DNA of 64,000 nt from an uncultured Candidatus Saccharibacteria bacterium (lineage in GTDB: Bacteria > Patescibacteriota > Minisyncoccia > UBA6257 > 2-01-FULL-56-20): assembly GCA_964456235.1 (NCBI GenBank), contig CAYWDX010000001.1, positions 125,935 to 189,934 on the forward strand, read 5' to 3'. The notes beneath the pieces are model-generated. The model saw only the letters and a list, made by a program, of their open reading frames with translations. It made no database searches and was not told the DNA's origin. The position numbers and the translations under genes were made by a program. This document shows positions 51,308 to 60,788 of this stretch, in pieces (the first letter of the stretch is position 1; each line of letters opens with the position of its first letter).

Positions 51308-52081
51308 ATGAAAACTATTATTTTGTGCGGTGGCCGTGGCTCGCGCATGAAAGAGGAAACCGAATTTCGTCCGAAGCCGCTCGTCACCGTGGGCGACAAG
51401 CCGATCCTGTGGCACATCATGAAAATCTATGCCCATCATGGGTTTAATGATTTTATTCTCGCGCTCGGCTACAAGGGCCACATGATTAAAGAATATTTCC
51501 TAAACCGCCGCATCATTGCGGGCGACTTCTCGCTCAACACGAAAACCGACGAAAAGACATTTCACGATGAACCGCCGGAAGATTTCAAAATCACTTTTGC
51601 CGAAACGGGTCTCGATAGCAATACGTCTGATCGCGTGCTCTTGAGCAAGAAATATCTCGGGGACGATGATTTCATGGTCACGTTCGGAGACGGCGTCTCG
51701 GACATTGATCTCAAGGCGCTCGTGGATTTCCATAAAAAACAGGGCACGGTCGGGACCGTCACCGGCGTCCACCTGAAATCGAAGTATGGCGTCATGAAAT
51801 TTGATCCGGAAAAGAAAAAGGTCACTCGATTCGACCAGAAGCCATTGATGTCGGACCATGTCGCCGGCGGTTTCATGATTTTCAAGAAGAAAGCGCTCGA
51901 TTATTTCCGCCCGGGCGAAATTCTCGAAATCGGACTCGGCAGGATGGTTGAGGAAGGGCAACTTTCGCTCTATCAACACGAAGGATTCTGGCGCGCGATG
52001 GACACCTACCAAGAAGTAGAAGAGTTGAATGACCTGTGGCGCAAGAACCAACCTTGGGCAATATGGAAAAAATCCTCGTAA
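51308..52081 (+). CDS. rfbF: Glucose-1-phosphate cytidylyltransferase
   Basis: MKTIILCGGRGSRMKEETEFRPKPLVTVGDKPILWHIMKIY and C-terminal GFWRAMDT.QEVEELN..W, both RfbF hallmarks. Confidence 0.9.
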   Translation: MKTIILCGGRGSRMKEETEFRPKPLVTVGDKPILWHIMKIYAHHGFNDFILALGYKGHMIKEYFLNRRIIAGDFSLNTKTDEKTFHDEPPEDFKITFAETGLDSNTSDRVLLSKKYLGDDDFMVTFGDGVSDIDLKALVDFHKKQGTVGTVTGVHLKSKYGVMKFDPEKKKVTRFDQKPLMSDHVAGGFMIFKKKALDYFRPGEILEIGLGRMVEEGQLSLYQHEGFWRAMDTYQEVEELNDLWRKNQPWAIWKKSS

Positions 52082-53082
52082 CCGGCAACGAAGGATACAT
52101 CGGCTCCGTTCTCGTCGAAGAGCTCCTGGCGAAAGGTTATACGGTGACCGGCCTTGACTCCGGCGCCTTTAGCGACGTTGCATTCGTCCCCCGCCACAAT
52201 CCTCATCAGCAAATTTATAAAGATATTCGCGACGTGGAGCGCAAGGATTTGGAGGGGTGCGATGCCGTCATCCACCTCGCGGGGCTTTCGAACGATCCCC
52301 TGGGAGATCTTGACCCGTCGCTTACCTACGACATCAACCTCAACGCGACCGTCCGCCTCGCAGACTTTGCGAAACAGGCCGGCGTGAAGCGTTTTCTTTT
52401 TTCTTCTTCGTGCAGCTTGTACGGAGTTGCGGGCGACGCTCCGGTTGCCGAAGAAGCATCGTTCAATCCGCAAACGCCGTATGCCGAGTCGAAAGTGAAG
52501 GCGGAGGCGGCGATCGCACCGTTTGCCGGACCGGATTTTTGCCCCGTATATTTGCGGAACTCGACCGTCTTCGGCATTTCGCCGCGCATGCGCCTTGACC
52601 TTGTCGTGCAAAACCTTGCCGCGTCGGGTTACCTGACTGGGAAAATCACCATCATGAGCGACGGCACTCCTTGGCGGCCGCTCGTCCACGTTCGGGACGT
52701 CGCGGGCGCTTTCATATTTTTCTTGGAACAGCCGGCCGGCCGCGTTGGCAACCGGGCGTTCAACATCGGGAAGACGGAAAATAATTTGCGCGTGCGCGAT
52801 ATCGCGGAAATCGTCAAAACCGTTTTGCCGAACACGACCGTGGTGATCGAAAATAAAACGCCGAGCGACACGAGGTCCTACCGCGTTGATTTTTCAAAAC
52901 TGTATGCGCTCGGTTTTGTCCCTCAACACGACGTGCTCGCCGGCGTGCGGGAGATTTGTGAGGCCTTCAAAACTCACGGCCTTACCGCGCAGGATTTTCA
53001 GTCAGACAGCTTCATCACGCTCAAGCGGTACCTCGCCCTGAAGCAAAGCGGGCGCATGGGCAACGACCTGCGCATCAAATAG
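52063..53082 (+). CDS. NAD-dependent nucleotide-sugar epimerase/dehydratase (SDR)
   Basis: ILVTGNEGYIGS Rossmann motif and YAESK catalytic motif. Start placed at MEKILVTG, overlapping the rfbF end by 19 nt. Confidence 0.85.
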   Translation: MEKILVTGNEGYIGSVLVEELLAKGYTVTGLDSGAFSDVAFVPRHNPHQQIYKDIRDVERKDLEGCDAVIHLAGLSNDPLGDLDPSLTYDINLNATVRLADFAKQAGVKRFLFSSSCSLYGVAGDAPVAEEASFNPQTPYAESKVKAEAAIAPFAGPDFCPVYLRNSTVFGISPRMRLDLVVQNLAASGYLTGKITIMSDGTPWRPLVHVRDVAGAFIFFLEQPAGRVGNRAFNIGKTENNLRVRDIAEIVKTVLPNTTVVIENKTPSDTRSYRVDFSKLYALGFVPQHDVLAGVREICEAFKTHGLTAQDFQSDSFITLKRYLALKQSGRMGNDLRIK

Positions 53083-53140
53083 CGCGCCGGGGTTTTCTCG
53101 ATCGTCGAATTCGCCCAGTTCGCGCAGCTTGCCGAGTCCG

Positions 53141-54007
53141 TTAGACTTTCTTTCGGGTGAAGAGGCGCGTGACGACAACGAGATTCCAAAACAGGAGTTT
53201 TATTTTTTGCCAAACAGAAAGTCCGGGCACCGTCATCAAAAATGCCATATTCGCAAATTCATTTTTCGTGCGCGCGAGGCGAACGTTCAAGCCGCGATAA
53301 AGCTTCTTTGGCCCGAACGGCATGTCTTTGGTTGAGGTCGAGCCGGGAAGCGTTCCTTTGTGGTACAGCGCTTCGGGCGTGGCGAGCAAGAAATATCCGC
53401 GCGACAAACCGTGCAGCGAGAGACTGATGTCGGCTTCGTACGCGTCGGTGTTTTCGAGATGGCCCGCGACGCTCTTCCGCCAAACTCCGTAAATAAAAAT
53501 GCCGCGGTTGTCGTGCGAATAAAAAAGCGTGAGCTGTTTCAATCGCCTATAGAGATCTTTTTCATCGGGGAAATAAAGGCGCGGATCACGTTTAATAACG
53601 CGGCCGTCTTCCCAAAAGAATGATTCGTGGCCCGTGTAGGCCAGCGCGGCTTTCGGATCCGCAAGGAGCGCATCCATGCAGAGTTTGAGAAAGGGCGGAT
53701 CCCACAGGTCATCGTCGGCTGCCATCATAAAATATTCTCCCGTCGCGATGATCGCCTGCAAGGCGTCATTAAAATTTATCGTCTGCCCCGCATTTTTTTC
53801 ACGCCGCGCATACCGCACGCGGTGGTCGCTCCGCATATATTCCTCACACACCGCCCGCGTCCCATCCGTCGAACCGTTATCGTAAACCAGAATCACGAAA
53901 TTCCGATAGGTCTGCGCGAGTAGCGAATCCATCGCCTTCTTGAGATGAGAGGCGCGATTGTAGGTTGGCATGCCGATCGCAACGAGCGGTTCGGAGGAAG
54001 AAAGCAT
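53141..54007 (-). CDS. GT2-family glycosyltransferase
   Basis: VAIGMPTYNR...YDNGSTDGT...ADDD motifs. Confidence 0.85.
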   Translation of the reverse strand: MLSSSEPLVAIGMPTYNRASHLKKAMDSLLAQTYRNFVILVYDNGSTDGTRAVCEEYMRSDHRVRYARREKNAGQTINFNDALQAIIATGEYFMMAADDDLWDPPFLKLCMDALLADPKAALAYTGHESFFWEDGRVIKRDPRLYFPDEKDLYRRLKQLTLFYSHDNRGIFIYGVWRKSVAGHLENTDAYEADISLSLHGLSRGYFLLATPEALYHKGTLPGSTSTKDMPFGPKKLYRGLNVRLARTKNEFANMAFLMTVPGLSVWQKIKLLFWNLVVVTRLFTRKKV

Positions 54008-54043
54008 TTTAGTATGCCTTATTATAGAGTATGTCCCACGTAC

Positions 54044-54072
54044 TTGACAAAAAATTGAAAATAGATTACAAT
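54044..54072 (+). promoter_or_regulatory. Strong promoter (TTGACA-17 nt-TACAAT) followed by a consensus SD for the NUDIX gene
   Basis: TTGACA at 54044-54049, TACAAT at 54067-54072, AAGGAGG at 54094-54100, ATG at 54110. Confidence 0.65.
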
Positions 54073-54109
54073 TTTCCTAGCATTATATCCAATAAGGAGG
54101 ATTCGAGAA

Positions 54110-54859
54110 ATGTTCGCCGAGCAAGATGCGCAAGCGCTCCTCGGCACCATCCCGTGGGCCGAGGGACGCGAGATACCCATCATCAAAGGTCCTTACCGCC
54201 ACACGCTGGTGATCCTGTGCTCAGAGCATGGACGGCAGGAGGCGACTTTCGCCGACGGCGAAAAACATCGCTACTTCGGCTTCATGCGATTGAGTAGCGG
54301 CATGAGCGTGGTGCCCGTGCTACCTGATGGGCGCCTTCTCATGATCGTCGAGCAACGTCCGGCCCAAGGAAGAGTGGCTGAACGGCCCCACATCGTCCAG
54401 CGGAAGCGGAGCTCGGGGGGTCCCCTGGACCTCAGGGCGGTTGGTCCCTACAGCTCCCTGGAATTCCCTGGCGGTGCAACCGACCCAGCGGATGCCACGA
54501 TCACGATTGGTGCCTTGCGGGAGCTGAAGGAGGAAACGGAAGCGATCGACCAGAAAGTGATCGTGTATCGGTCGCGCTACTCGTATTACTCCTTGGGCTC
54601 TGACGTCACCACACACAACACGACAGCGGTTGTCTTCCTCTCGACGGGACAGTACGCGAGTAAGGTGAAGACTGATGGCGGCCTCACCGTGCTCGCTCTA
54701 ACCCCCGAAGAGGTCCGCTGGAACATCAATGGCGGCGTCATCGTGAGTGCGCAAGCAGGCGTTCTGCCATGGCATATTTACCTGGAAGCCATGGCTGCCA
54801 GAGAAAGCACGATGGCGTGCTCCGAGTTCTTCGTCGTGGACGAGCTCGATCTCAAGTAG
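54110..54859 (+). CDS. NUDIX-family hydrolase (probable nucleotide-sugar pyrophosphatase), divergent Nudix box
   Basis: Nudix-box-like GGATDPADATITIGALRELKEETEA (REx2EE core present; the first Glu and the terminal Gly deviate). Embedded in a sugar-nucleotide locus. Confidence 0.65.
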   Translation: MFAEQDAQALLGTIPWAEGREIPIIKGPYRHTLVILCSEHGRQEATFADGEKHRYFGFMRLSSGMSVVPVLPDGRLLMIVEQRPAQGRVAERPHIVQRKRSSGGPLDLRAVGPYSSLEFPGGATDPADATITIGALRELKEETEAIDQKVIVYRSRYSYYSLGSDVTTHNTTAVVFLSTGQYASKVKTDGGLTVLALTPEEVRWNINGGVIVSAQAGVLPWHIYLEAMAARESTMACSEFFVVDELDLK

Positions 54860-54956
54860 TCGGGTGCGCGAACGCAACCGCGCGCGGAGAGAATTTCTCT
54901 CCGCGCTTTTTATTTTTGACACCTCGGTTGTCTTTCGCTACACTTGAGAGACTGTT

Positions 54957-56231
54957 ATGAATTATCCCTCCCATCATTCTTTGAAAACCGGGCACGTTGC
55001 CAATTGCCAGATCTGTAATTCAGAAAAATTACACACGGTCCTCGACCTTGGCCACCAGCCGCTCTGCGCCGCCATGCTCACGAAGGAAGAGCTGAATCAG
55101 CCGGAGACGAGCTATCCCCTGCGCATGATCTGGTGCGAGAATTGCAACGGCGTGCAGATCGATTATTGCGTTGATCGGGCAAAAGTGTTCAATCCGGACT
55201 ATCCCTACAAGAGCGGCGTCACGAAGGAACTCGTTGAATATCAGGCAAAAATTGCGGAGGGGCTGATCAAAAAACTAAATCTTAAGCCCGGCGATCTCGT
55301 TGTGGATGTGGGCTCAAACGATGGCACACTCCTCGCCGGCTTCAACGGAACGGGCGTGAAGACACTCGGCGTAGAGCCCACAAACATTGCACGGTTCGCG
55401 CGTGAAGCGGGCATCGACACCATCCAAGCTTTCTTTGATACAAAGGTTGCGGATGAGATCAAAAAGAAATATGGCTCGGCGGCGGTCGTCACGACCACGA
55501 ACACCTTTGCGCACGTGCAAGAACTCGGCGAGTTCATCATGGGCGCCTACAACTTACTAAAAGATGGTGGCCACCTCGTTTCCGAAACCCACTATCTTCT
55601 CGACGTCATCCAGGGTGGGCAGTTTGATACGATTTACCACGAGCATTTGCGCACATATTCCCTCACCTCCCTCGTTGCATTGTTCAATCAATACGATTTC
55701 ACCGTAGTTGATGTCGAACGCGGCAGCCGCTACGGCGGGAACATCCGTGTTTACGTCGCGAAGGGCAAGGGAAAGACGCCGGGCCCCGAAGTTGAGAAAT
55801 TACTAAAACTGGAGCGCGACTTTGGTTTGGATAAATTAAAAACCTATGAAGTTTTTGCCGATCGCGTGAAAAAAGCCCGGACCCATTTCATGGATTTCCT
55901 GATCAAAATGAAAAAAGATGGGAAGCGGGTCGTTGGTAATTCGTGCCCGGGCCGCTGCTCCACGCTTTTAAATTATTATGGCGCCGATACCGAGCTCATC
56001 CCCTACCTCGCCGAACAACCGGCATCTTTGAAGCTCAATATGTTTTTACCGGGCAAGCATCTGCCCGTGTATGACAATAAAATTCTTATCGAAGAGCAGC
56101 CGGATTATGTGATCTTGATGGCATGGCACTACGCGAAACCGATCATGGAACAGCTCAAAGCGCGCGGGCTCAAGTCCGACTTCATCGTGCCGCTCCCCGA
56201 CTTCACCATCGTTAAGAACTCTGAGGTTTAA
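54957..56231 (+). CDS. NDP-hexose C-methyltransferase (TylCIII-like: zinc ribbon + class I SAM MTase + C-methyltransferase C-terminal domain)
   Basis: N-terminal CQICNS...C..C zinc-binding segment, SAM motif VVDVGSNDG, and a C-terminal domain of the length and pattern typical of sugar C3-methyltransferases. Confidence 0.8.
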   Translation: MNYPSHHSLKTGHVANCQICNSEKLHTVLDLGHQPLCAAMLTKEELNQPETSYPLRMIWCENCNGVQIDYCVDRAKVFNPDYPYKSGVTKELVEYQAKIAEGLIKKLNLKPGDLVVDVGSNDGTLLAGFNGTGVKTLGVEPTNIARFAREAGIDTIQAFFDTKVADEIKKKYGSAAVVTTTNTFAHVQELGEFIMGAYNLLKDGGHLVSETHYLLDVIQGGQFDTIYHEHLRTYSLTSLVALFNQYDFTVVDVERGSRYGGNIRVYVAKGKGKTPGPEVEKLLKLERDFGLDKLKTYEVFADRVKKARTHFMDFLIKMKKDGKRVVGNSCPGRCSTLLNYYGADTELIPYLAEQPASLKLNMFLPGKHLPVYDNKILIEEQPDYVILMAWHYAKPIMEQLKARGLKSDFIVPLPDFTIVKNSEV

Positions 56232-56243
56232 TTGCTCAATAAG

Positions 56244-57269
56244 ATGCTTAAGGTTGGCATCGTTGGATCGGGGTTCGGCCTCTATGGCCTCCTCCCGGCT
56301 TTTCGCGGCGTGAATGGGTGTCGCGTCGTGAGCATCGCCGGCAAAAATACTCCGCGCCTCCTCGACTACTGCGCAAGTATTGGCCTTCAAAATATTTATA
56401 CGGACTGGCGTTTGATGCTTGCGCATGAAAACTTGGACGCCGTTGCGATTGCCGTTGTCCCGGCGACCCAATACACGGTCGCGAAAACCGCGATTAAAAA
56501 GGGCTTGCACGTGTTTGCAGAAAAACCGCTCGCGGTCAATTCAAGGCAGGCGAAAGAACTTCTTACGCTCGCCAAAAAACATCGCGTCGCGCACGGGATG
56601 GATTTTATTTTCCCCGAAATCCCCGCCTGGCAAGAAGTTAAAAAAAAATTAAAAGAGAATCGCTACGGCAAGCTAAAATATATTTCTTCAAACTGGGATT
56701 TTCTCAGTTACGACATTAAAAATAAATTAAAAGGATGGAAAACGGACGCATCTGCCGGCGGCGGCGCACTTTCATTTTATTTTTCCCACGTGCTTTATTA
56801 TTTGGAATATTTTACTGGTCCGATCGTCGGGCTCGCGAGTCAGCTCACTTACTCACGGGCAAGCCGGAATGGCGGCGACACCGGCGTGGATGTTATTGTA
56901 CGCTTCAAAAAAGGTGCCCATGGCTACGCTCACCTTTCTTGCAACGCCCCCGACATGAATCAGCATGAGATACTTCTGGTTTTCGAAAAGGCGGCGATCG
57001 TCCTTTCGAGCGAGAATGGGAGCGTGGTGAATTTCTCCCTGACCATCCACCAGAATGGCAAAATAAAAAAATGGCGGCCGGCAAAAATCGCCAGAACGGC
57101 TCGCGCCAAGCAAGGAATCAAGAATGGTGAAGATGAGCGGGTGGCCGTGGTCCGACGGTTGGCTGAACGGTTTATAAAAGCTTGCCGCGGCGGACGGGCG
57201 ATGGTCCCCTCATTTGCCGATGGTGTGCGGGTCCAGGAATTGATCGAGATGATCAGGCGGCAGCAATAA
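56244..57269 (+). CDS. Gfo/Idh/MocA-family NAD(P)-dependent oxidoreductase
   Basis: LKVGIVGSGFG Rossmann start and the EKPLA motif (VFAEKPLAVN). Start moved to the ATG at 56244. Confidence 0.85.
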   Translation: MLKVGIVGSGFGLYGLLPAFRGVNGCRVVSIAGKNTPRLLDYCASIGLQNIYTDWRLMLAHENLDAVAIAVVPATQYTVAKTAIKKGLHVFAEKPLAVNSRQAKELLTLAKKHRVAHGMDFIFPEIPAWQEVKKKLKENRYGKLKYISSNWDFLSYDIKNKLKGWKTDASAGGGALSFYFSHVLYYLEYFTGPIVGLASQLTYSRASRNGGDTGVDVIVRFKKGAHGYAHLSCNAPDMNQHEILLVFEKAAIVLSSENGSVVNFSLTIHQNGKIKKWRPAKIARTARAKQGIKNGEDERVAVVRRLAERFIKACRGGRAMVPSFADGVRVQELIEMIRRQQ

Positions 57270-58092
57270 GCTTTTCCATCCACTCTTTTTTTGCTTCAAG
57301 CGCAACCGCCGGCGCTCCCGCGCCCGATGACCCTTCAAAGTGGACAAAGTCGCCGCACTTACGCACCGGCACGCCCGGTGCAATTTCAATAAGCGGTGAG
57401 TCGTAGAAATCAATGAGATCCGGGATGGCCGTCGTGATTTTTTCATCGAGTGGGATGCGGCCGCCGGTGTCAACGCCAAAGTCCGGCAAAAAGTTGATCA
57501 TCTTTCCTTTGAAACGCTCGGTGCGGAAAAATAGCAAGCCAACCCACAAATACACCGGGTAGTGCCACGGCGTGAGGCGCGGTTTCAACTTGATAGAAAT
57601 TCCCCATGCCTCGCTCTTCGCCAAATAATCCGAAGCCTTGACCGGCTTCGTCGGGAACAAGTCGTAGTCCCAAAAACCGAACGCCCAAGGCTTAAATCGC
57701 AGCACGATGTTGCGATAGGCCCAGTTCAGCGACATGCCGTGCGCCGTTCCAGCGTCGCGTTGTTTATTGCCAATATTCTCGCTCAAGCGGGCGTAATTGA
57801 AATTATTTTCGAGACAATATTTTTTGATTTCCTGTGATTTTTCCTCGTTGTTGGAATTATCGACGACAAAATAGTTGTAGGGATCTTTAAAAAATTTATT
57901 GAGTGCTTTCACTTGGAGCCTCACCAGACTCAAATCGTTAAACGCAACGGTAATTACTGCCATCTTTTTCGGATCAATATTATGGAACGACTCGAAAAGC
58001 GACACCCGGCGGACAAAGCCATAATTAATGAAGGGCAAAATAAAAAAACGCCAGGCCTTCCTGCGCCACCGTGCGAAAAAAGTTTTCGGCAT
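57253..58092 (-). CDS. Hypothetical protein, probable GT-A-fold glycosyltransferase
   Basis: VITVAFNDLSLVRLQVKALNKFF...YFVVDNSNN resembles the GT2 N-terminal nucleotide-binding region. Locus context supports the call. AT-richer than its flanks. Confidence 0.55.
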   Translation of the reverse strand: MPKTFFARWRRKAWRFFILPFINYGFVRRVSLFESFHNIDPKKMAVITVAFNDLSLVRLQVKALNKFFKDPYNYFVVDNSNNEEKSQEIKKYCLENNFNYARLSENIGNKQRDAGTAHGMSLNWAYRNIVLRFKPWAFGFWDYDLFPTKPVKASDYLAKSEAWGISIKLKPRLTPWHYPVYLWVGLLFFRTERFKGKMINFLPDFGVDTGGRIPLDEKITTAIPDLIDFYDSPLIEIAPGVPVRKCGDFVHFEGSSGAGAPAVALEAKKEWMEKLIAAA

Positions 58093-58111
58093 AATTCACT
58101 TATTATATTGA

Positions 58112-58154
58112 TTTTTTTTGAAAAGAAAAGGCCCGCGGAAATTTTCCGCGGGCC
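58112..58154 (-). terminator. Intrinsic terminator after the DUF218 gene
   Basis: GGCCCGCGG-aaatttt-CCGCGGGCC (58130-58154), followed on the minus strand by TTTTCTTTTCAAAAAAAA. Confidence 0.75.
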
Positions 58155-58173
58155 GAAATCTGAAACTGTCGCA

Positions 58174-58887
58174 TCAGGCCGGAGTGCCGATCCGGATGTC
58201 GGTCAGGCCCTGGTACTTGCCGGCCGCGACATCCGCAAGCCCCTTGGCTTCGTTCTCGAGCCGCTTCTTGCCATCGGCAGAGTCGTACGCCGCGTCGATC
58301 GCGGAGTCGTACTTCCCGGGTTCGTGGTGGCGCAGGACCTCTTCCGCCGAGATGAAGTCGATCGCGCACCTCACCTGGGGATTCACCCGCAGCACGGCCT
58401 CGTAGAGCGCTTTCACCCGAGGCGCGTGATACTCATTCGTGAGAATGGCGATGTACTTCCACCCTTCACCATGAACGATCGTGAGCACCTCGGTGATGTT
58501 GGTGAGCGAGCTCGTGGAGCGATCCTCATGGATCACCTCAACCTCGGCGTCGTCGCCGACGAGCTCGGAGAACATCTTCCCGTAGACGAACGCCTCCGTT
58601 GGAATGTCCTCGCCGAACATCTTCACCTGATGAGGCGCCTTGCCCGTCGTGAAGACGAACTCGTCCGCCTCCCCGGCCTTGAACAAGGCCGCGGCGGCGA
58701 AGACGCGCATATCCCCGCCCATCATGCCGAATTGGTCACCGTGCGCATAATCGGTAGGCTTGAACTCGTCGCCGACCTTCATGAGGCCGCCGCCGAGAAC
58801 CACCACCGCATCATATTTCAATGGGAAACTCCTCTCTCTCCTCCTGCGAAGTTTAAGCCGTAAAACTACTGGCGGCATTATATTCAA
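58174..58887 (-). CDS. DUF218 (YdcF/SanA/ElyC-like) domain protein
   Basis: YDAVVVLGGGL... and ...IAILTNEYHAPRV are DUF218 signatures. Confidence 0.75.
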   Translation of the reverse strand: MNIMPPVVLRLKLRRRRERSFPLKYDAVVVLGGGLMKVGDEFKPTDYAHGDQFGMMGGDMRVFAAAALFKAGEADEFVFTTGKAPHQVKMFGEDIPTEAFVYGKMFSELVGDDAEVEVIHEDRSTSSLTNITEVLTIVHGEGWKYIAILTNEYHAPRVKALYEAVLRVNPQVRCAIDFISAEEVLRHHEPGKYDSAIDAAYDSADGKKRLENEAKGLADVAAGKYQGLTDIRIGTPA

Positions 58888-58936
58888 GAACTATAAAAAT
58901 GTCAATGGCCTGTCATTGCGACAGGCCATTTTATTT

Positions 58937-59998
58937 TTACGAAAGATACGACTTCTCTTCCGCCGGCGTGAGATCTGGGTCGAGCACGTCGAACTTCCCT
59001 TTGGCAAAGTGGATGTACTCGCGGACGATGTCGTCGAGCGCATATTTTGGCGACCACCCTATTTCTGCCGAAATGCGTTCGATATCGGGAATTTTATTCC
59101 ACGCCTCCTCGTAAAGCGGGCCGTACAATTTTTTAGGATCGGTTTCGCGGATTTCACTCTTTGATTCGCAAAGGGCCACGATTTTGTGCGCGAGATCTTT
59201 AATAGAAAGAATGTTCGCCGGATTGCCCACGTTGTAGATGCGCCCGTCGACGCCGGAATTCATGATCATAACGAATGCATCGACAATGTCTTGTACGTGA
59301 GTGAACGTGCGCTTCTGTGATCCATCGCCGAACACCGTGAGCGGTTCGTTCTTTAACGCTGCGTCCACAAAACGCGGCACCACAAAGCCCGATTCACCAT
59401 TCTGGTTGGGGCCAATGATATTAAACGGACGGACGAAGTTCACATGGAGCGGCTGCACTTTGGCGAGATTTAAGAGTGCGATCTCGGTCATCAATTTCCC
59501 CACGCCATATTCGAGACGCACCGTAACATTCGCCGGAACCACTTTCGGAATATCTTCGTGCTGGCCAAGACCGCCTTCTGGATGCTTGCCGTACACCTCG
59601 GATGTCGAAACCATGAGCAGTTTTGCGTTGTCGCGGAGCGCGAGGTCGGCCATTTTCACCGCATCATTCAGGATGATAAGCCCCATCCGCCCGGCATATT
59701 TTAAAACGCCGGCTGGCCCCACGGGGCTCGCAAGGTGGTAGATTTGGTCATATTTCGTGCCCGACTGCGGCTTATAATCATCAACGGTTGCCTTGATGAA
59801 GCGGATATTGTTCTTCTTGAAAAAATTGAGGCGGCGTTCAGGCACCGAAGAACTCGAAAGGTCGTCCACGATGTCCATCGTCCCAAATTTTTTTTGTCGG
59901 ACGAGCTCGTTCACTAAATGGGTGCCGATAAACCCGGTGCCACCCGTGACGAGGACGCGCGGCTTCGATTTATGTTCGGTCGGAGACATTCCCGTCAA
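58937..59998 (-). CDS. NAD-dependent nucleotide-sugar epimerase/dehydratase (UDP-glucuronate decarboxylase-like SDR)
   Basis: VLVTGGTGFIGTHLV Rossmann motif and a YGVGK catalytic YxxxK. Confidence 0.85.
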   Translation of the reverse strand: MTGMSPTEHKSKPRVLVTGGTGFIGTHLVNELVRQKKFGTMDIVDDLSSSSVPERRLNFFKKNNIRFIKATVDDYKPQSGTKYDQIYHLASPVGPAGVLKYAGRMGLIILNDAVKMADLALRDNAKLLMVSTSEVYGKHPEGGLGQHEDIPKVVPANVTVRLEYGVGKLMTEIALLNLAKVQPLHVNFVRPFNIIGPNQNGESGFVVPRFVDAALKNEPLTVFGDGSQKRTFTHVQDIVDAFVMIMNSGVDGRIYNVGNPANILSIKDLAHKIVALCESKSEIRETDPKKLYGPLYEEAWNKIPDIERISAEIGWSPKYALDDIVREYIHFAKGKFDVLDPDLTPAEEKSYLS

Positions 59999-60770
59999 TA
60001 TAATTCTTATTGAGTTTTTTTACAAGAGCGAGCAGCTCGAGCGGTGACTTATTTTTCGCAGCATCATCAATGAGCGCGCTGGTATCTTTTGGGAGACACG
60101 CTCCTCCAAATCCGCGGTACCCATCATGAAAGATATTAAGGTGAATTTCGCCGCCCATCCGTGGTGCAAACTTTACAATATTTTTTACGGTCTCGTAATC
60201 AATCCCTTTCGCATGGCAGTAATCATACATTTGATTGGCGAACGTATTCTTGGTGGCCATGAAACTGTTCAATACATACTTCACCATTTCCGATTCGTTT
60301 GCATCGCAAATCACCGCGCGCGCCGCCGGCGGTAACATCTTCATCACTTCGTCGGCGCGGCTTTTTGATACTAGGGTTATTCCCAGTACCTGGATGTCAG
60401 GTGATGCGAAATCTTTTGCTGCCGTTTTGGAATCCAAAAATTCAGGATTATGGAAAAGGACCACGTCCGGACGCTCTTTTTGGAATTTTTCTGTAGTGCC
60501 GGGAATGACCGTAGATTTTATGATCGTAATTTTCCCTTTCGGAAGCGCCTTGATGATCTCGCCAAGCGCCGAGGCATCCTGGGCACCATCATCTTTCGTT
60601 GGGGTCGGCAGACAAAGGAACAAATAATCCGCCCTCACCACCTCATCAAAACTGCCAATATCCTTGTATTTATCGAATAAAAAAAGTTGCTGGCCTTCTT
60701 GTGCTTTGTAGTAGGCCGCAACCGCATTCCCTACGACGCCAACGCCGATAATACCGATCGATGGTTTCAT
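59970..60770 (-). CDS. Short UDP-glucose/GDP-mannose dehydrogenase family protein (NAD-binding + central domain only)
   Basis: IGIIGVGVVGNAVA Rossmann motif and catalytic-Cys motif GGACLPKD. At 266 aa it lacks the usual C-terminal UDP-binding domain. Confidence 0.7.
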   Translation of the reverse strand: MKPSIGIIGVGVVGNAVAAYYKAQEGQQLFLFDKYKDIGSFDEVVRADYLFLCLPTPTKDDGAQDASALGEIIKALPKGKITIIKSTVIPGTTEKFQKERPDVVLFHNPEFLDSKTAAKDFASPDIQVLGITLVSKSRADEVMKMLPPAARAVICDANESEMVKYVLNSFMATKNTFANQMYDYCHAKGIDYETVKNIVKFAPRMGGEIHLNIFHDGYRGFGGACLPKDTSALIDDAAKNKSPLELLALVKKLNKNYIDGNVSDRT

Positions 60771-60788
60771 TGACCAAGAAATAATAGC

